Assembly: GCA_905182125.1 (NCBI GenBank)
Contig: CAJJAV010000011.1
Location: forward strand, 9,934 to 73,933
From: an uncultured Candidatus Poseidoniales archaeon
GTDB taxonomy: Archaea > Thermoplasmatota > Poseidoniia > Poseidoniales > Poseidoniaceae
Direction: 5' to 3'
DNA: 64,000 nt
In this document: positions 28,287 through 37,592 of the stretch, piece after piece
Layout: the number at the start of each line of letters is the position of its first letter
How positions within the stretch are numbered: position 1 is the stretch's first letter
The notes under the pieces: model-generated
What the model was told of the DNA's origin: nothing
Databases searched by the model: none
The model's input: the letters and a program-made list of their open reading frames with translations, nothing else
Translations under genes and position numbers: made by a program

Positions 28287-29483
28287 TCACTTGTAGTGCA
28301 GACGGATGATGAAAGATTCAACTTGCAAATCATTCACCTTTTCATTCCTGATTTGCATGGTCCATTCACCATCGTCGTACGTGGACTCGGTGTCGGTGAA
28401 CATGTAGGATGAGAGGGTGAGGAAGACACAATCGTTGTCGTCATCGTTGCAATCGTCGCCGTCATCGCGCTGATCAAGTCCGGTTTCGGAAGTGTTGCTG
28501 GCTTCTTCGTCGTCTTCGTTAAGAGCGTGGATGTCGAGTTTCGCTCGGCAATTTGTAGCGCCAGGGAAAGCAGTTGTGCAATCACCGTCGACCTTTGGGT
28601 AGGTCAGTTCACCGACGAGTTTTCGAATGGTGTTGCCGTTGTCTTTGTCATAAACAACTTTGACATCAAAGTCCAAAGTGACGGCGTTGCCTGAGGTGTT
28701 GCCACCCATTTCAAAGTCAGACCATTGGCCCGCATATGAGACATAGACCTTGATGGAATCTGAATCGGTCATACCGGCACTGTTCTCGATGGTGAGGTGG
28801 AGTTGGTATTCACCAGGTTCAACGTTGTTCCAATCGACGGATTCGCCTGTGAGATCGGCATCATTTTCCGCGTCCCCATCATTGTCCGAATCGACATCTG
28901 CATTGAGGTCCCAGTTCCATGAGGTGATGTACTGCGAGGTGTCGCCAGATTCTGAATCGCTGGCATCGAGGTTGACAGTGGTGGTGGCTGAGATGTCTCG
29001 ATCGGTCATCGATTTGTCCATTTCACAGATCCATAGGACAATGTGAGTGGATTCGTCGAGGTCGTCGTTGTCGCAGTCTTCATCGCTGGCGTATTGGGTG
29101 ATTTCCGCCATCGGTGGCTGTGCTGTGGCTTCTACAACCGTGACATCTTTGGTTTGTGAAGATGATTTTGTGCCGTCTGAAACGCTCAGCTCAACAGTGT
29201 ATGTACCGGATTCTTCGAAGGTCCACTCCGTGGATCGTCCGGTCGCATCAATCGAGCCGTCGCCGGTAAAATCCCAGCGGTAAGTGATGCCACCGCTCGG
29301 GGTTGAGGCAGATGCGTCGAAACTGACAACATCGCCCGCTTTGAGGTTTGTAGTCGGAGCGTAGTTAAACACAGCAAGAACCTCATCACTGTCAGAGGTT
29401 TCTCCGTTATCAAAAATACACCCTGAAAGGCTTGAAAGAACCATTAGAGCGGCGAACATGAAGGGTACTGGTGTGGTCTTCAT
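28287..29483 (-). CDS. secreted lipoprotein-like PKD-domain protein with highly acidic D/N-rich Ca-binding-like stretches
   Basis: Signal plus lipobox-like LSSLSGC. PKD signature FDASASTPSGGITYRWDFTGDGS...GTYTVELSVSDG. The second half is Asp-rich (DSDNDGDAENDAD, DDGDDCNDDDNDC). Confidence 0.6.
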   Translation of the reverse strand: MKTTPVPFMFAALMVLSSLSGCIFDNGETSDSDEVLAVFNYAPTTNLKAGDVVSFDASASTPSGGITYRWDFTGDGSIDATGRSTEWTFEESGTYTVELSVSDGTKSSSQTKDVTVVEATAQPPMAEITQYASDEDCDNDDLDESTHIVLWICEMDKSMTDRDISATTTVNLDASDSESGDTSQYITSWNWDLNADVDSDNDGDAENDADLTGESVDWNNVEPGEYQLHLTIENSAGMTDSDSIKVYVSYAGQWSDFEMGGNTSGNAVTLDFDVKVVYDKDNGNTIRKLVGELTYPKVDGDCTTAFPGATNCRAKLDIHALNEDDEEASNTSETGLDQRDDGDDCNDDDNDCVFLTLSSYMFTDTESTYDDGEWTMQIRNEKVNDLQVESFIIRLHYK

Positions 29484-29535
29484 GGCTCGTGTGTGAAACG
29501 CCTTGATGAAAAGGGCTTCCTTGGTTTATGTCGTT

Positions 29536-32292
29536 TCAGAACGAAAACAGCGAAGTTTGTTTGTTGCCGGAGACCAACTCTTTTGCCGTCCAACCAAACG
29601 CTTCTGTGATCCTGCCGAGGGCTGCTGCGAGACGTTCGGCGTAAAATTGGCCGTCATAAGCATCAACGCCGCCGTGTTCTTCATTTTCCAACCAAGGTTG
29701 AACACGCATTGGGCGATGGCTGGCGTCGGTCACGATGTAGGACACTTTCATCCCAGAGGTGAAACCAAGACCAAGAGCAAGGCGGGCTTTGGCAACCCTG
29801 ACTTGAGCCATACTATCGGGGTTGGCGTAATCCTTGCTGAAATCAACTTCACCATTGCTGCCCATTCGTCCTTTGCAGGATTTAGCAAGGATCAGAGACG
29901 AGGCGGGGACTTCGCGGTTACGAAGGGTGCGAACTTGAGTCAATGCATAACGGACAAGCGCATCCCCCTCATCGGCCAGGGCGTGGCTAAACATGCGTTT
30001 CATGGTCGTGGTCAGGTAAGAGAAGGAATCGGTTCGTTGAGTTTCATAGCCGCGGATCAGCATCTCATCGGCTGGATAGACGACTTGCCCGACATAGCGC
30101 TTTTTGGCACCGTGGCTGAAAAAGACTGAGAGGCCTTTCTCAAATTCCAACACCGCAGAATCACGGCTGTACCTTTCAGCGACCTCAAGACCAAAACGGA
30201 TCATCTCTTTCTTTGCGTCCTTCCATGCTTCCATATGAGTCACTGCGTCAGGTACTCCATCCTTTGCCGCCTGAATCTCTTCTTCCCTGAGGGACGATGG
30301 CGCTGATTCAGCAACGGGTGACCGAACGAAGATTGAATCGGTATCTGAATACACCACTTCGTGACCTTCAGCGTCAAGTTGAGCGATGATGGCCTTGATG
30401 TTGTGCCTTGCCCAGGCCGTGATCGAAGAGCCAAGGTCACGATGTGTGAACCGGTAGAAGCCGCTCGCAAAGACGCCGTAAAAAGAATTCATGAGGATCT
30501 TCACAGCATATTGCATTGCATCATGGAACGCCATTTTTGAGTCTTCATGTTCTTCTTTTGCTGTTTTTAAAGCCGCTTTGTGCTCATCGCGCTGAGCCAT
30601 CAGGTCCTCAAGCAAGGCAGGAACCAATCCTTTGCGTACCGATTGATGGCGGAACCTCGCCCCTGTCGGCGCCGTGTGCACTTCTTCACCTTCACTTGGT
30701 TGATCGTTTTGTACGGGATCAATTCGAGTCGTGTAACAGATGTTATGACCAATCATAATCGACGGGTACATGCTCTTGAAATCCAAAACTGCAATCCAAG
30801 GATGCAGACCAGCAGCGACTTCGTGGACGTATCCCCCGGTGATTTGGCCTTCTTTGGCCTCTGCAGAACCCGTAAGGGGGACGGCCACACCTTCACTGTC
30901 AGCAAGGCGAATCACGAGCGAATCGATCAACTGACTCGTGCTGCCGTTCGCCGCTGTGTCAAACGTGACCTTGGCCACAGCCGCAACAGCTTCCTTTCGG
31001 CGAATGACTTGCAGTTCGCCCAGAATATCGAGGGGGAGCGCTGCATCACGGATGCAATATTCGAGCACGACATCGGGGCGTGCTGCCCATTCGTCATCCA
31101 TCTTTGAAGCATCGACATCCATTTTGTGTTTGTCTTTTTGATCAGGGAACAACAGGTTGCTGATGAAGGAAAGGGTTTCGCGCTGTGGACGGAGTGCCAT
31201 CCTCGCTTGCCACCATGCATCGACAACGGTGCGCCCAGCAACGTTCCAAGCACGGGATGATTGACGGCGTGGAAACAATCCTGAGCGGGTTCGTTTCGCT
31301 TCGGATTCCGTTTGTTGGACGCGACCCCAACCAAACAACAAGGCTCGCTTCCGCCATTCTTTGGAACGGGCATGAACTGCCATACGATCGTTCAGGCGTG
31401 GCAAATCAAAGTTGTCGATGTTGTACCCAGTGATGATATCAGGATCTTGGCTTCGGACTACGAGGGTCAAATCTTCCATTATTTTGGATTCTTCACCGAC
31501 GAAGGAGAACGTTTGGCGGTGCCCATTGGACATGTCCTCAACAATCGCAGCTGCGCACAAGACAGTGTCGTGGGCGATGCTGGTTTCTAAGTCGAAAGAG
31601 AACACCTTGTATGGAACTGGAAAGGGCTCGCTTGCCGTGAGGTCCGCAAGCGTGCATACGATGGTGCAGTCGACTGCATAGCGACCAGCACCGCCTGCTG
31701 CACGAACCGCTTTGAGGCACGCTTCTTCGTCCTCATTATGACGCCTGTCGATGATGTCGCCTTCCAGAGCAAGGTGCATCCCGAGGCCCTGATCAAGGAA
31801 CAGGCGATTGAGAAATGGGATGTCACCTGAGAAGATCTGCCAGCTTTGTTTTGACAGGGCTTTTCGCAAACTTGGTACCACAAACGGTTGCCGCACCGTG
31901 ACGGTCCAAACAGGTCGTTGGCCTAAATCTGTGAGTTTCATTGTTGGCCCAGAGACATCGAGGACATCTTCCATCGTCCTGACCATGGCCAAGCGCCCAA
32001 GGACATGTTCTGGCACTTCCATACCTTCAGTCCAAGCCACAAGCGGGGAAATTTCGAATGTTGGCCGAAGACCATGGACTAAGGCGCACATCGATTCACC
32101 TTCTTCGGTGCGCCCAAACAATTCAATCACGGTTGAAGGCTCCTTGGAACCGTTCAGACCATCCACGGAATGGTACCGTCCGCTGACGACCCCCATTCTC
32201 CCTTCGAATCGCATCTCGGCCCCTCCTAAAGGGCAACCGAGCCATCCTAAGTGGCTTCGCTTTGCTTTCATGGCCAAAGGGTGCCCAAACAC
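29536..32292 (-). CDS. polB: family B DNA polymerase (probable start MRFEGRMG, about 32214)
   Basis: Exo motifs FDLETS and YNIDNFDLPRL. Pol motifs KILMNSFYGV (motif B KxxxNSxYG) and VVYSDTDSIFV (motif C YGDTDS variant). N-terminus VIELFGRTEEGESMCALV is typical of archaeal PolB. Confidence 0.9.
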   Translation of the reverse strand: MFGHPLAMKAKRSHLGWLGCPLGGAEMRFEGRMGVVSGRYHSVDGLNGSKEPSTVIELFGRTEEGESMCALVHGLRPTFEISPLVAWTEGMEVPEHVLGRLAMVRTMEDVLDVSGPTMKLTDLGQRPVWTVTVRQPFVVPSLRKALSKQSWQIFSGDIPFLNRLFLDQGLGMHLALEGDIIDRRHNEDEEACLKAVRAAGGAGRYAVDCTIVCTLADLTASEPFPVPYKVFSFDLETSIAHDTVLCAAAIVEDMSNGHRQTFSFVGEESKIMEDLTLVVRSQDPDIITGYNIDNFDLPRLNDRMAVHARSKEWRKRALLFGWGRVQQTESEAKRTRSGLFPRRQSSRAWNVAGRTVVDAWWQARMALRPQRETLSFISNLLFPDQKDKHKMDVDASKMDDEWAARPDVVLEYCIRDAALPLDILGELQVIRRKEAVAAVAKVTFDTAANGSTSQLIDSLVIRLADSEGVAVPLTGSAEAKEGQITGGYVHEVAAGLHPWIAVLDFKSMYPSIMIGHNICYTTRIDPVQNDQPSEGEEVHTAPTGARFRHQSVRKGLVPALLEDLMAQRDEHKAALKTAKEEHEDSKMAFHDAMQYAVKILMNSFYGVFASGFYRFTHRDLGSSITAWARHNIKAIIAQLDAEGHEVVYSDTDSIFVRSPVAESAPSSLREEEIQAAKDGVPDAVTHMEAWKDAKKEMIRFGLEVAERYSRDSAVLEFEKGLSVFFSHGAKKRYVGQVVYPADEMLIRGYETQRTDSFSYLTTTMKRMFSHALADEGDALVRYALTQVRTLRNREVPASSLILAKSCKGRMGSNGEVDFSKDYANPDSMAQVRVAKARLALGLGFTSGMKVSYIVTDASHRPMRVQPWLENEEHGGVDAYDGQFYAERLAAALGRITEAFGWTAKELVSGNKQTSLFSF

Positions 32293-32340
32293 GCTTATTG
32301 CGCATCAAACGCGGCAGGAATGCTTGAAAGGTGAACCTAC

Positions 32341-33393
32341 ATGGCTCAGAACGCCGTAGGCAAGGGGAATCAAATGACTGAAGAAATCGACTGGGACAAC
32401 TTGACTTTTTCTTTGACCGCTACCGACACCATGTACCTCGCTGAAACCACGATTGACGAGCCATGGATGCCCGGTAACTTGCGCCCCTACGGGCCAATCG
32501 AGATGTCGCCTGCAGCAGGTGTTCTCAATTACGGCCAAGGCCTGTTTGAAGGAATGAAGGCCTACCGCACCTCAAAGGGGCGTGTGGTCTTTTTCCGACC
32601 TGAAGAAAATGCCCGTCGTATGCAACGCGGTGCTGACCGACTGAAGATGCCGCCTGTTCCAGAATCTGTGTTCATCGATGCTGTCGAGCAGTGCGTACAA
32701 GCGAACCTTAGGTGGCTTCCACCGACAGGGAAGGGCGCCATGTATGTCCGCCCCTTGCTGATGGGTTCAGGACCAATCTTGGGTGTTGCTCCAGCTCCGT
32801 CCTACACGTTCCTTGTCTATGTCACGCCTGTTGGCCCTTACTTCAAGGGCGGCGTGACCGCAATTGACTTGTTGATCTCAGAAGAATACCATCGCGCCGC
32901 ACCAGGTGGATCGGGTGGAGTCAAGGCCATCGGGAACTACGCCCCCGGTATGATGCCAAGCAGGAAAGCAAAAGCTGCTGGGTTTGCTGAAGTGATTTAC
33001 CTCGATGCAGAGACTCACTCCTATGTCGAAGAAGTCGGTGCTGCCAACTTCTTTTGCGTCAAAGACGGCGTGCTTTACACACCTGAATTAACAGGTACGA
33101 TCCTTCCCGGTATCACCCGGAACTCAATCATTGAACTTGCCCGACACAACGGCATTGAAGTTGTTGAAACAAAGGTTGAAGCAACCTTTGCTATGAGTGC
33201 AGATGAAGCATTTTGCTGCGGGACTGCTGCTGTCATTTCTCCAATTGGCTCAATCACCAAAGGCGACACAAAAGCCATCTATGGCGATGGAAAGCCAGGC
33301 CAAATCACCCAGCAACTGTACAATCAACTCGTTGGCATTCAAAACGAAGATGAAGAAGATATCTTTGGTTGGCTGCATGAAATTCCACGTTGA
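32341..33393 (+). CDS. ilvE: branched-chain amino acid aminotransferase (fold type IV PLP enzyme)
   Basis: GQGLFEGMKAYR, the catalytic Lys in GGVKAIGNYA, EVIYLD, GTILPGITR. The 350-aa length matches long-form BCAT. Confidence 0.85.
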   Translation: MAQNAVGKGNQMTEEIDWDNLTFSLTATDTMYLAETTIDEPWMPGNLRPYGPIEMSPAAGVLNYGQGLFEGMKAYRTSKGRVVFFRPEENARRMQRGADRLKMPPVPESVFIDAVEQCVQANLRWLPPTGKGAMYVRPLLMGSGPILGVAPAPSYTFLVYVTPVGPYFKGGVTAIDLLISEEYHRAAPGGSGGVKAIGNYAPGMMPSRKAKAAGFAEVIYLDAETHSYVEEVGAANFFCVKDGVLYTPELTGTILPGITRNSIIELARHNGIEVVETKVEATFAMSADEAFCCGTAAVISPIGSITKGDTKAIYGDGKPGQITQQLYNQLVGIQNEDEEDIFGWLHEIPR

Positions 33394-33396
33394 GCA

Positions 33397-33852
33397 TCAA
33401 CGCTTCTTGAAGCCCGAGCGTTTCTTAGTATTCGTGCTCGCCGGTTTTGCATCGCCACGTGATTTTCGCTGAGAACGAGCACGGCGATCACCTGTTTGAG
33501 GGCCCTTTGCGACGCGTTCTGCGTTCGCGTCTTTTTGTTCACGTTGCATTTGGCGCCATTGAGCACCGATGAGTTGGAGCAGTTCTTCTTTGGAGTTGGC
33601 GCCGACAGATTGTTTTGAACCTGCACGGGACACCCACATTCGACCTTCACCTTGATGGGGGCGTGCTGGATGAGCAATTCGCTCCTCACGCTTGATTTTC
33701 TTTAATCCGAGTTTGCGAGCAGCCAGAAATAATCCTTCGAGGTCTGGCTTGATGACTGAAGAATCCTTTGGAACACGACGGCCGCTCCTACGGGATGAGC
33801 GGGCATCAAAGTAGCCGGGCCACACGCAGATACGGTCAGGGTTGTGGTCCAT
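33397..33852 (-). CDS. srp19: signal recognition particle SRP19 protein with basic C-terminal extension
   Basis: RICVWPGYFDARSSRRSGRRVPK matches the SRP19 N-terminal signature (IWP.Y.D...SR..GRRV.K). Confidence 0.8.
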   Translation of the reverse strand: MDHNPDRICVWPGYFDARSSRRSGRRVPKDSSVIKPDLEGLFLAARKLGLKKIKREERIAHPARPHQGEGRMWVSRAGSKQSVGANSKEELLQLIGAQWRQMQREQKDANAERVAKGPQTGDRRARSQRKSRGDAKPASTNTKKRSGFKKR

Positions 33853-33916
33853 GTTGGTTCACCTTGTCCGGGGAGTTGTCCCCGATTGGTATGAACCCAA
33901 CGGAGATTGGTTCGCT

Positions 33917-34297
33917 TCACTCAATGAGTATGCCGTTGATAACGCCATCCTTTCCAGGACGGGAGGTGATCTTCACTCGACCTTGGTCGGTTTCGATGAC
34001 AGCCCCTTTGACGAGGATGTTTCGTCGGACGTAGTTAGGATCAGATTCATTCTCAACGACATTGTGAATGGTGCCGAGTGTGGTTTTACCGGACTTTGGG
34101 TTGTTGATGGAGACGCGGTTTTCTGACATCACACGAACGAGGGTGTTTCCACCTGTGCGTCGGTAAATCTTACGCTTTGGAGCACCAACAAGTGCCATTT
34201 GCTTCTCAGAGGAGATTTCGGTGGAACGCTTGCTGCGTGCCTGAACCTTGCGTCCGCCACTGGGTTTTCGTCGAGAGATACCGTGCCATTGTGCCAT
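33917..34297 (-). CDS. rps8e: 30S ribosomal protein S8e
   Basis: MAQWHGISRRKPSGGRK (S8e N-terminal motif W.G.S.RK.SGG), 126 aa. Confidence 0.85.
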   Translation of the reverse strand: MAQWHGISRRKPSGGRKVQARSKRSTEISSEKQMALVGAPKRKIYRRTGGNTLVRVMSENRVSINNPKSGKTTLGTIHNVVENESDPNYVRRNILVKGAVIETDQGRVKITSRPGKDGVINGILIE

Positions 34298-34352
34298 AAA
34301 TATACCACCTTGCAGGCCAAAGCGACAAACAGGGCGTATATCAAATCAACCC

Positions 34353-35099
34353 TCAAGCACACTTCGTCGAAAGTTCAGAAACAATGGTGTCCTCTTGCTT
34401 TTTTAGCACCGCTTTGACAATGTCACCAGGATGAAGTTCCCCCACACCAGCGGGGGTTCCTGTGAACAGTAAATCGCCGCCTTGAACGGGCGCCCAGGAC
34501 TTCAAGTCCTCGATCTGCATGAGTGGTGTGATCGTCATATCGCGAACTGGAGCATCCTGAACGAGCGTCCCGTTGACCCACAGTTCAAGGTGCAACGCTT
34601 CGTACACATCCATGAGGCCATCCCACCCGCCGTACCATGGCGAGAAATGACCAACATAGGCACTGCCGCGGAAACATTTCCCTTTTGTCCATGGAAGTTT
34701 TTCATTTCGCAATTCCCCTTGAGTCAAGCGATCTGTCAGATCAAGGCCCACCGCAATGGCTTCCGGTTTACCGTCATGGCTCAGACGGACCACGAGTTCG
34801 ACCTCGTGGTGCACTTCACCAGGATGGCCTGTGACATCGATCGGACCTGAACGTTGCAGGCAATTCTCTGGCTTGACAAAAAAAATCGGGGTAGGGGGCT
34901 GTTCATTACCCAATTCAGTAGCGTGCTTGGCAAAGGTTCGGATGGTGCACCATAGGGCCATACTCCTGCCATGCGATTCCCCTTCATCAAGGCGGAGGTT
35001 GAGACAAGGGTCAAAGGGGGGCATCTTAACGACGACACATGACACGTGATTGGAGCATCCGAAAGCGGCGCCCTGTTCGCCGAAAGAACATCGCACCAC
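34353..35099 (-). CDS. fumarylacetoacetate hydrolase (FAH) family protein. The real start is probably internal (M at about 35024 or about 34961).
   Basis: PTPIFFVKPENCLQRSGPIDVTGHPGEVHHEVELVVRLSHDGK...DLTDRLTQGELR...GKCFRGSAYVG and the metal-binding E/E/D pattern of the FAH fold. The N-terminal 25-46 residues of the ORF look non-coding. Confidence 0.6.
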   Translation of the reverse strand: MVRCSFGEQGAAFGCSNHVSCVVVKMPPFDPCLNLRLDEGESHGRSMALWCTIRTFAKHATELGNEQPPTPIFFVKPENCLQRSGPIDVTGHPGEVHHEVELVVRLSHDGKPEAIAVGLDLTDRLTQGELRNEKLPWTKGKCFRGSAYVGHFSPWYGGWDGLMDVYEALHLELWVNGTLVQDAPVRDMTITPLMQIEDLKSWAPVQGGDLLFTGTPAGVGELHPGDIVKAVLKKQEDTIVSELSTKCA

Positions 35100-35548
35100 T
35101 CCTCAAGACGCTCGAGGAAGCGCTCGACATCGATTTGTCTGTTGATGGCGCCTTTTTAGAAATGGCCGAATATGGTCCATGGCAAATGGTGCTGGTCGAT
35201 AAGATCGCGATTGGTGTCGAAGTCAAGAACGATGATGGTGAGCGCTTTGCTTTTCTTACATTGCGCGGATTTCTACAACAGGAAGACGCTAAGAAATGGG
35301 TGGAAGTGGACCATGGTGCCATTCCTTTTTTGATGAAGGGCGCCGATTGTATGGTTGCGGGCGTTCATGACGCCGACTCAAGCATAAGGGAAGGCGATTT
35401 GGTTTGGATCCGCGATATGACGCACAAACGCCCACTCGCAATTGGATGGGCTACCCTCGATGGCGCAGAACTCAAAACCAGCTCCAAAGGGAAAGGAATC
35501 AACACCCTGCATTGGGTTGGAGACGAACTTTGGGACATGGAAATGTAA
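35039..35548 (+). CDS. PUA-domain RNA-binding protein (archaeal translation-associated PUA protein family)
   Basis: Basic N-terminus RKRRPVRRKNIAPLLKTLEEAL, then the PUA core MKGADCMVAGVH...EGDLVWIRDMTHKRPLAIGWATL...GKGINTLHWVGDELW. Confidence 0.6.
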   Translation: MTRDWSIRKRRPVRRKNIAPLLKTLEEALDIDLSVDGAFLEMAEYGPWQMVLVDKIAIGVEVKNDDGERFAFLTLRGFLQQEDAKKWVEVDHGAIPFLMKGADCMVAGVHDADSSIREGDLVWIRDMTHKRPLAIGWATLDGAELKTSSKGKGINTLHWVGDELWDMEM

Positions 35549-35607
35549 CTGGTGTGGCCTGGGATGGCCATACGAACAATAAAAAATAACCAGACTGTCC
35601 TCATAAC

Positions 35608-36177
35608 ATGCAGTTCTCAAAAACCGTTAGTGCATTCTGTGTTCTGTTGCTCCTCGTACCGCTTGCTTCCGCCAGTGAATTGACAGGTGGAGAAGACAAA
35701 AATCCCACTTCTGATGAAGCACCCTTCAGCATCATTGCTCGTGACACACCGTCTGTTGACGGGCAAGTTTGGTCACTGTCCCTCGAAATGGATGAAGAGG
35801 AGCACGCCAACAACACCGTGTTCGAAATAGTAACTCAGATTTGCACCAATAATGGAGTCTGCGATCCACCCGTAGCCATGGATGCTTCCATCGATGAGCG
35901 AATGCACGTGATCAGCCTGACGCCCAATGCCGACCATACCTATGTCAACTGGCGAGTAAAGGCGGTTTATGACGACGGAAACACCACCAACTTCCCTCAA
36001 GGCGACTGGTACAAAACATGGTCCTCATGTTGGCAGAACGATGGTGAATACGGTGGCATCGATGCAAACACAGCAAAGGATGGTTGCTCAAGCGGGGATG
36101 AATCAGTCCCTGGATTTAGCCTGCTCGTCGCTGTGAGCGGTGTTGCAATGGCAGCAGCATTCACTCGCCGTGAGTGA
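35608..36177 (+). CDS. small secreted protein with PGF-CTERM archaeosortase sorting signal
   Basis: Signal peptide MQFSKTVSAFCVLLLLVPLASASE. C-terminus VPGFSLLVAVSGVAMAAAFTRRE is PGF, then a TM helix, then a basic tail. An AT-rich TATA-like element AATAAAAAATAA lies about 25 nt upstream, so the transcript is probably leaderless. Confidence 0.55.
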   Translation: MQFSKTVSAFCVLLLLVPLASASELTGGEDKNPTSDEAPFSIIARDTPSVDGQVWSLSLEMDEEEHANNTVFEIVTQICTNNGVCDPPVAMDASIDERMHVISLTPNADHTYVNWRVKAVYDDGNTTNFPQGDWYKTWSSCWQNDGEYGGIDANTAKDGCSSGDESVPGFSLLVAVSGVAMAAAFTRRE

Positions 36178-36652
36178 AGTGCTCGCTCACCCGTTCGATG
36201 AATCGGCGCTGCTCGAAGCCCCAATCGATCAGGACAACCTCACACCGATTTCGTTCTTGATTCAACGCCCCGTGGGCGAAGCCTGCTTGCTGTACATCGC
36301 TTGGCACCAGAGGTAGTCCCGGACATTCGACGATTACTAGGCAACCGTTCTCAACAACCGATGCTGTTCCAAATGGGAACGTGATTTCATTTTTGTTGAC
36401 CGTGGTGACCGTGATGTTTCCTGCTTTCAAAAACCGCACCAGTGCTGAAAGCAATGGGGCTCCATCCCCTTCAAGTGAAGTGCCGCCATAGGCAGAAAGG
36501 AAATCCAATTCCGTTGCGTTTTGCTCCATGAGGTGATCTAAATCGCGTTGCTTTGGACTGTCGTCACTCATGGCGATCCCTACCTTCCGAAATGGGGGGG
36601 TGTTCTTGGTCGTATCGACTTTACGCAGGTGAAGCGTCCAAATCTTATGCAA
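36161..36652 (-). CDS. hypothetical protein (probable start MSDDSPKQ, about 36571), possibly V4R-like (low confidence)
   Basis: The 3' end overlaps the preceding gene by 17 nt (convergent). Cys-containing segment NGCLVIVECPGLPLVPSDVQQAGFAHGALNQERNRCEV weakly resembles V4R-type small-molecule-binding domains. Confidence 0.3.
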   Translation of the reverse strand: MHKIWTLHLRKVDTTKNTPPFRKVGIAMSDDSPKQRDLDHLMEQNATELDFLSAYGGTSLEGDGAPLLSALVRFLKAGNITVTTVNKNEITFPFGTASVVENGCLVIVECPGLPLVPSDVQQAGFAHGALNQERNRCEVVLIDWGFEQRRFIERVSEHFTHGE

Positions 36653-36659
36653 ACGAAAT

Positions 36660-37586
36660 TCATTCGATTGAGTTGATACCTTTTACTTCAATCGGAAACG
36701 TTTCGTATGTGGCTTGAATTTCAACAGAGCAGGGCATCTCGCAGATCTGAACACCATTTTCGATCAGGGTGATGGTGGTGGTTGCACCCCATACGGTTGT
36801 GTTGTCATTCTGGGCGACAATCAGGCACGGAGAAGGTGCTACAAGTTCTGAATCAAGCAGGGCGGGGAATACCGTTTCGTTGAGCGCAGCAACCATGATG
36901 GTTGGGTGGCGGCTTTCATCGGCTTGATTGTAATAGGACATAAATTGCACTTTGAACATGAGATCATCCACTTCGATGAGGTAAACGCCATCGTTCGGTT
37001 GGACCCTGTGTTCAGCCAAGTCGTAGGTGTACCATTCCAATCGCTCGCCAGTGTCATTGGAGAGTTCACTGGAGTTTTCCATTGTTGCCTCTTTAAACTC
37101 CACGCCTTCAAGGAAGCTCCAACGGACGCCATCAGCAAAAAACACATCCGTTTTGGAAAACCAGACGGTTGAATTGGCTTCATCTGTTTCTTTTTGACCT
37201 GGAAGGTCCAGATGAGTGAATTCCTCTTCATCAGTTGCGTCGATCACTGTCGTGAACGTTGAGCCATCTGCGCCAAGCGAGGCTGTTACTTTGGACTCAA
37301 GGTTGCTTTGCGTGGATTGACTACCAAACGAGCAGCTGTAGACTTCATCTCCCGCAGCAATAGAAAGTTGGACAGAAGACCACGAAAGATCTTCAGCCCC
37401 TCCTTCGAAACTGAGAACGACCAGTGAATCATCGCTTGCAATCGAGGCGTTCTGCCCCGCATCACTCACCATGATGGTGTTCTCAGTTCCGAGATCGGAT
37501 TCGTAATTGACCACGAGAAAGGTCCAGCTTGCAGCAATCCCTAGCAGGATGCATGTGGCAACGGCCAAAGAACGCTTCAACTTCAT
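36660..37586 (-). CDS. N-terminally membrane-anchored extracellular protein, function unknown
   Basis: 308-aa ORF. N-terminal TM/signal anchor LAVATCILLGIAASWTFLVV. The rest is acidic and S/T-rich with several N-x-S/T sequons. Confidence 0.4.
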   Translation of the reverse strand: MKLKRSLAVATCILLGIAASWTFLVVNYESDLGTENTIMVSDAGQNASIASDDSLVVLSFEGGAEDLSWSSVQLSIAAGDEVYSCSFGSQSTQSNLESKVTASLGADGSTFTTVIDATDEEEFTHLDLPGQKETDEANSTVWFSKTDVFFADGVRWSFLEGVEFKEATMENSSELSNDTGERLEWYTYDLAEHRVQPNDGVYLIEVDDLMFKVQFMSYYNQADESRHPTIMVAALNETVFPALLDSELVAPSPCLIVAQNDNTTVWGATTTITLIENGVQICEMPCSVEIQATYETFPIEVKGINSIE

Positions 37587-37592
37587 GCCGGT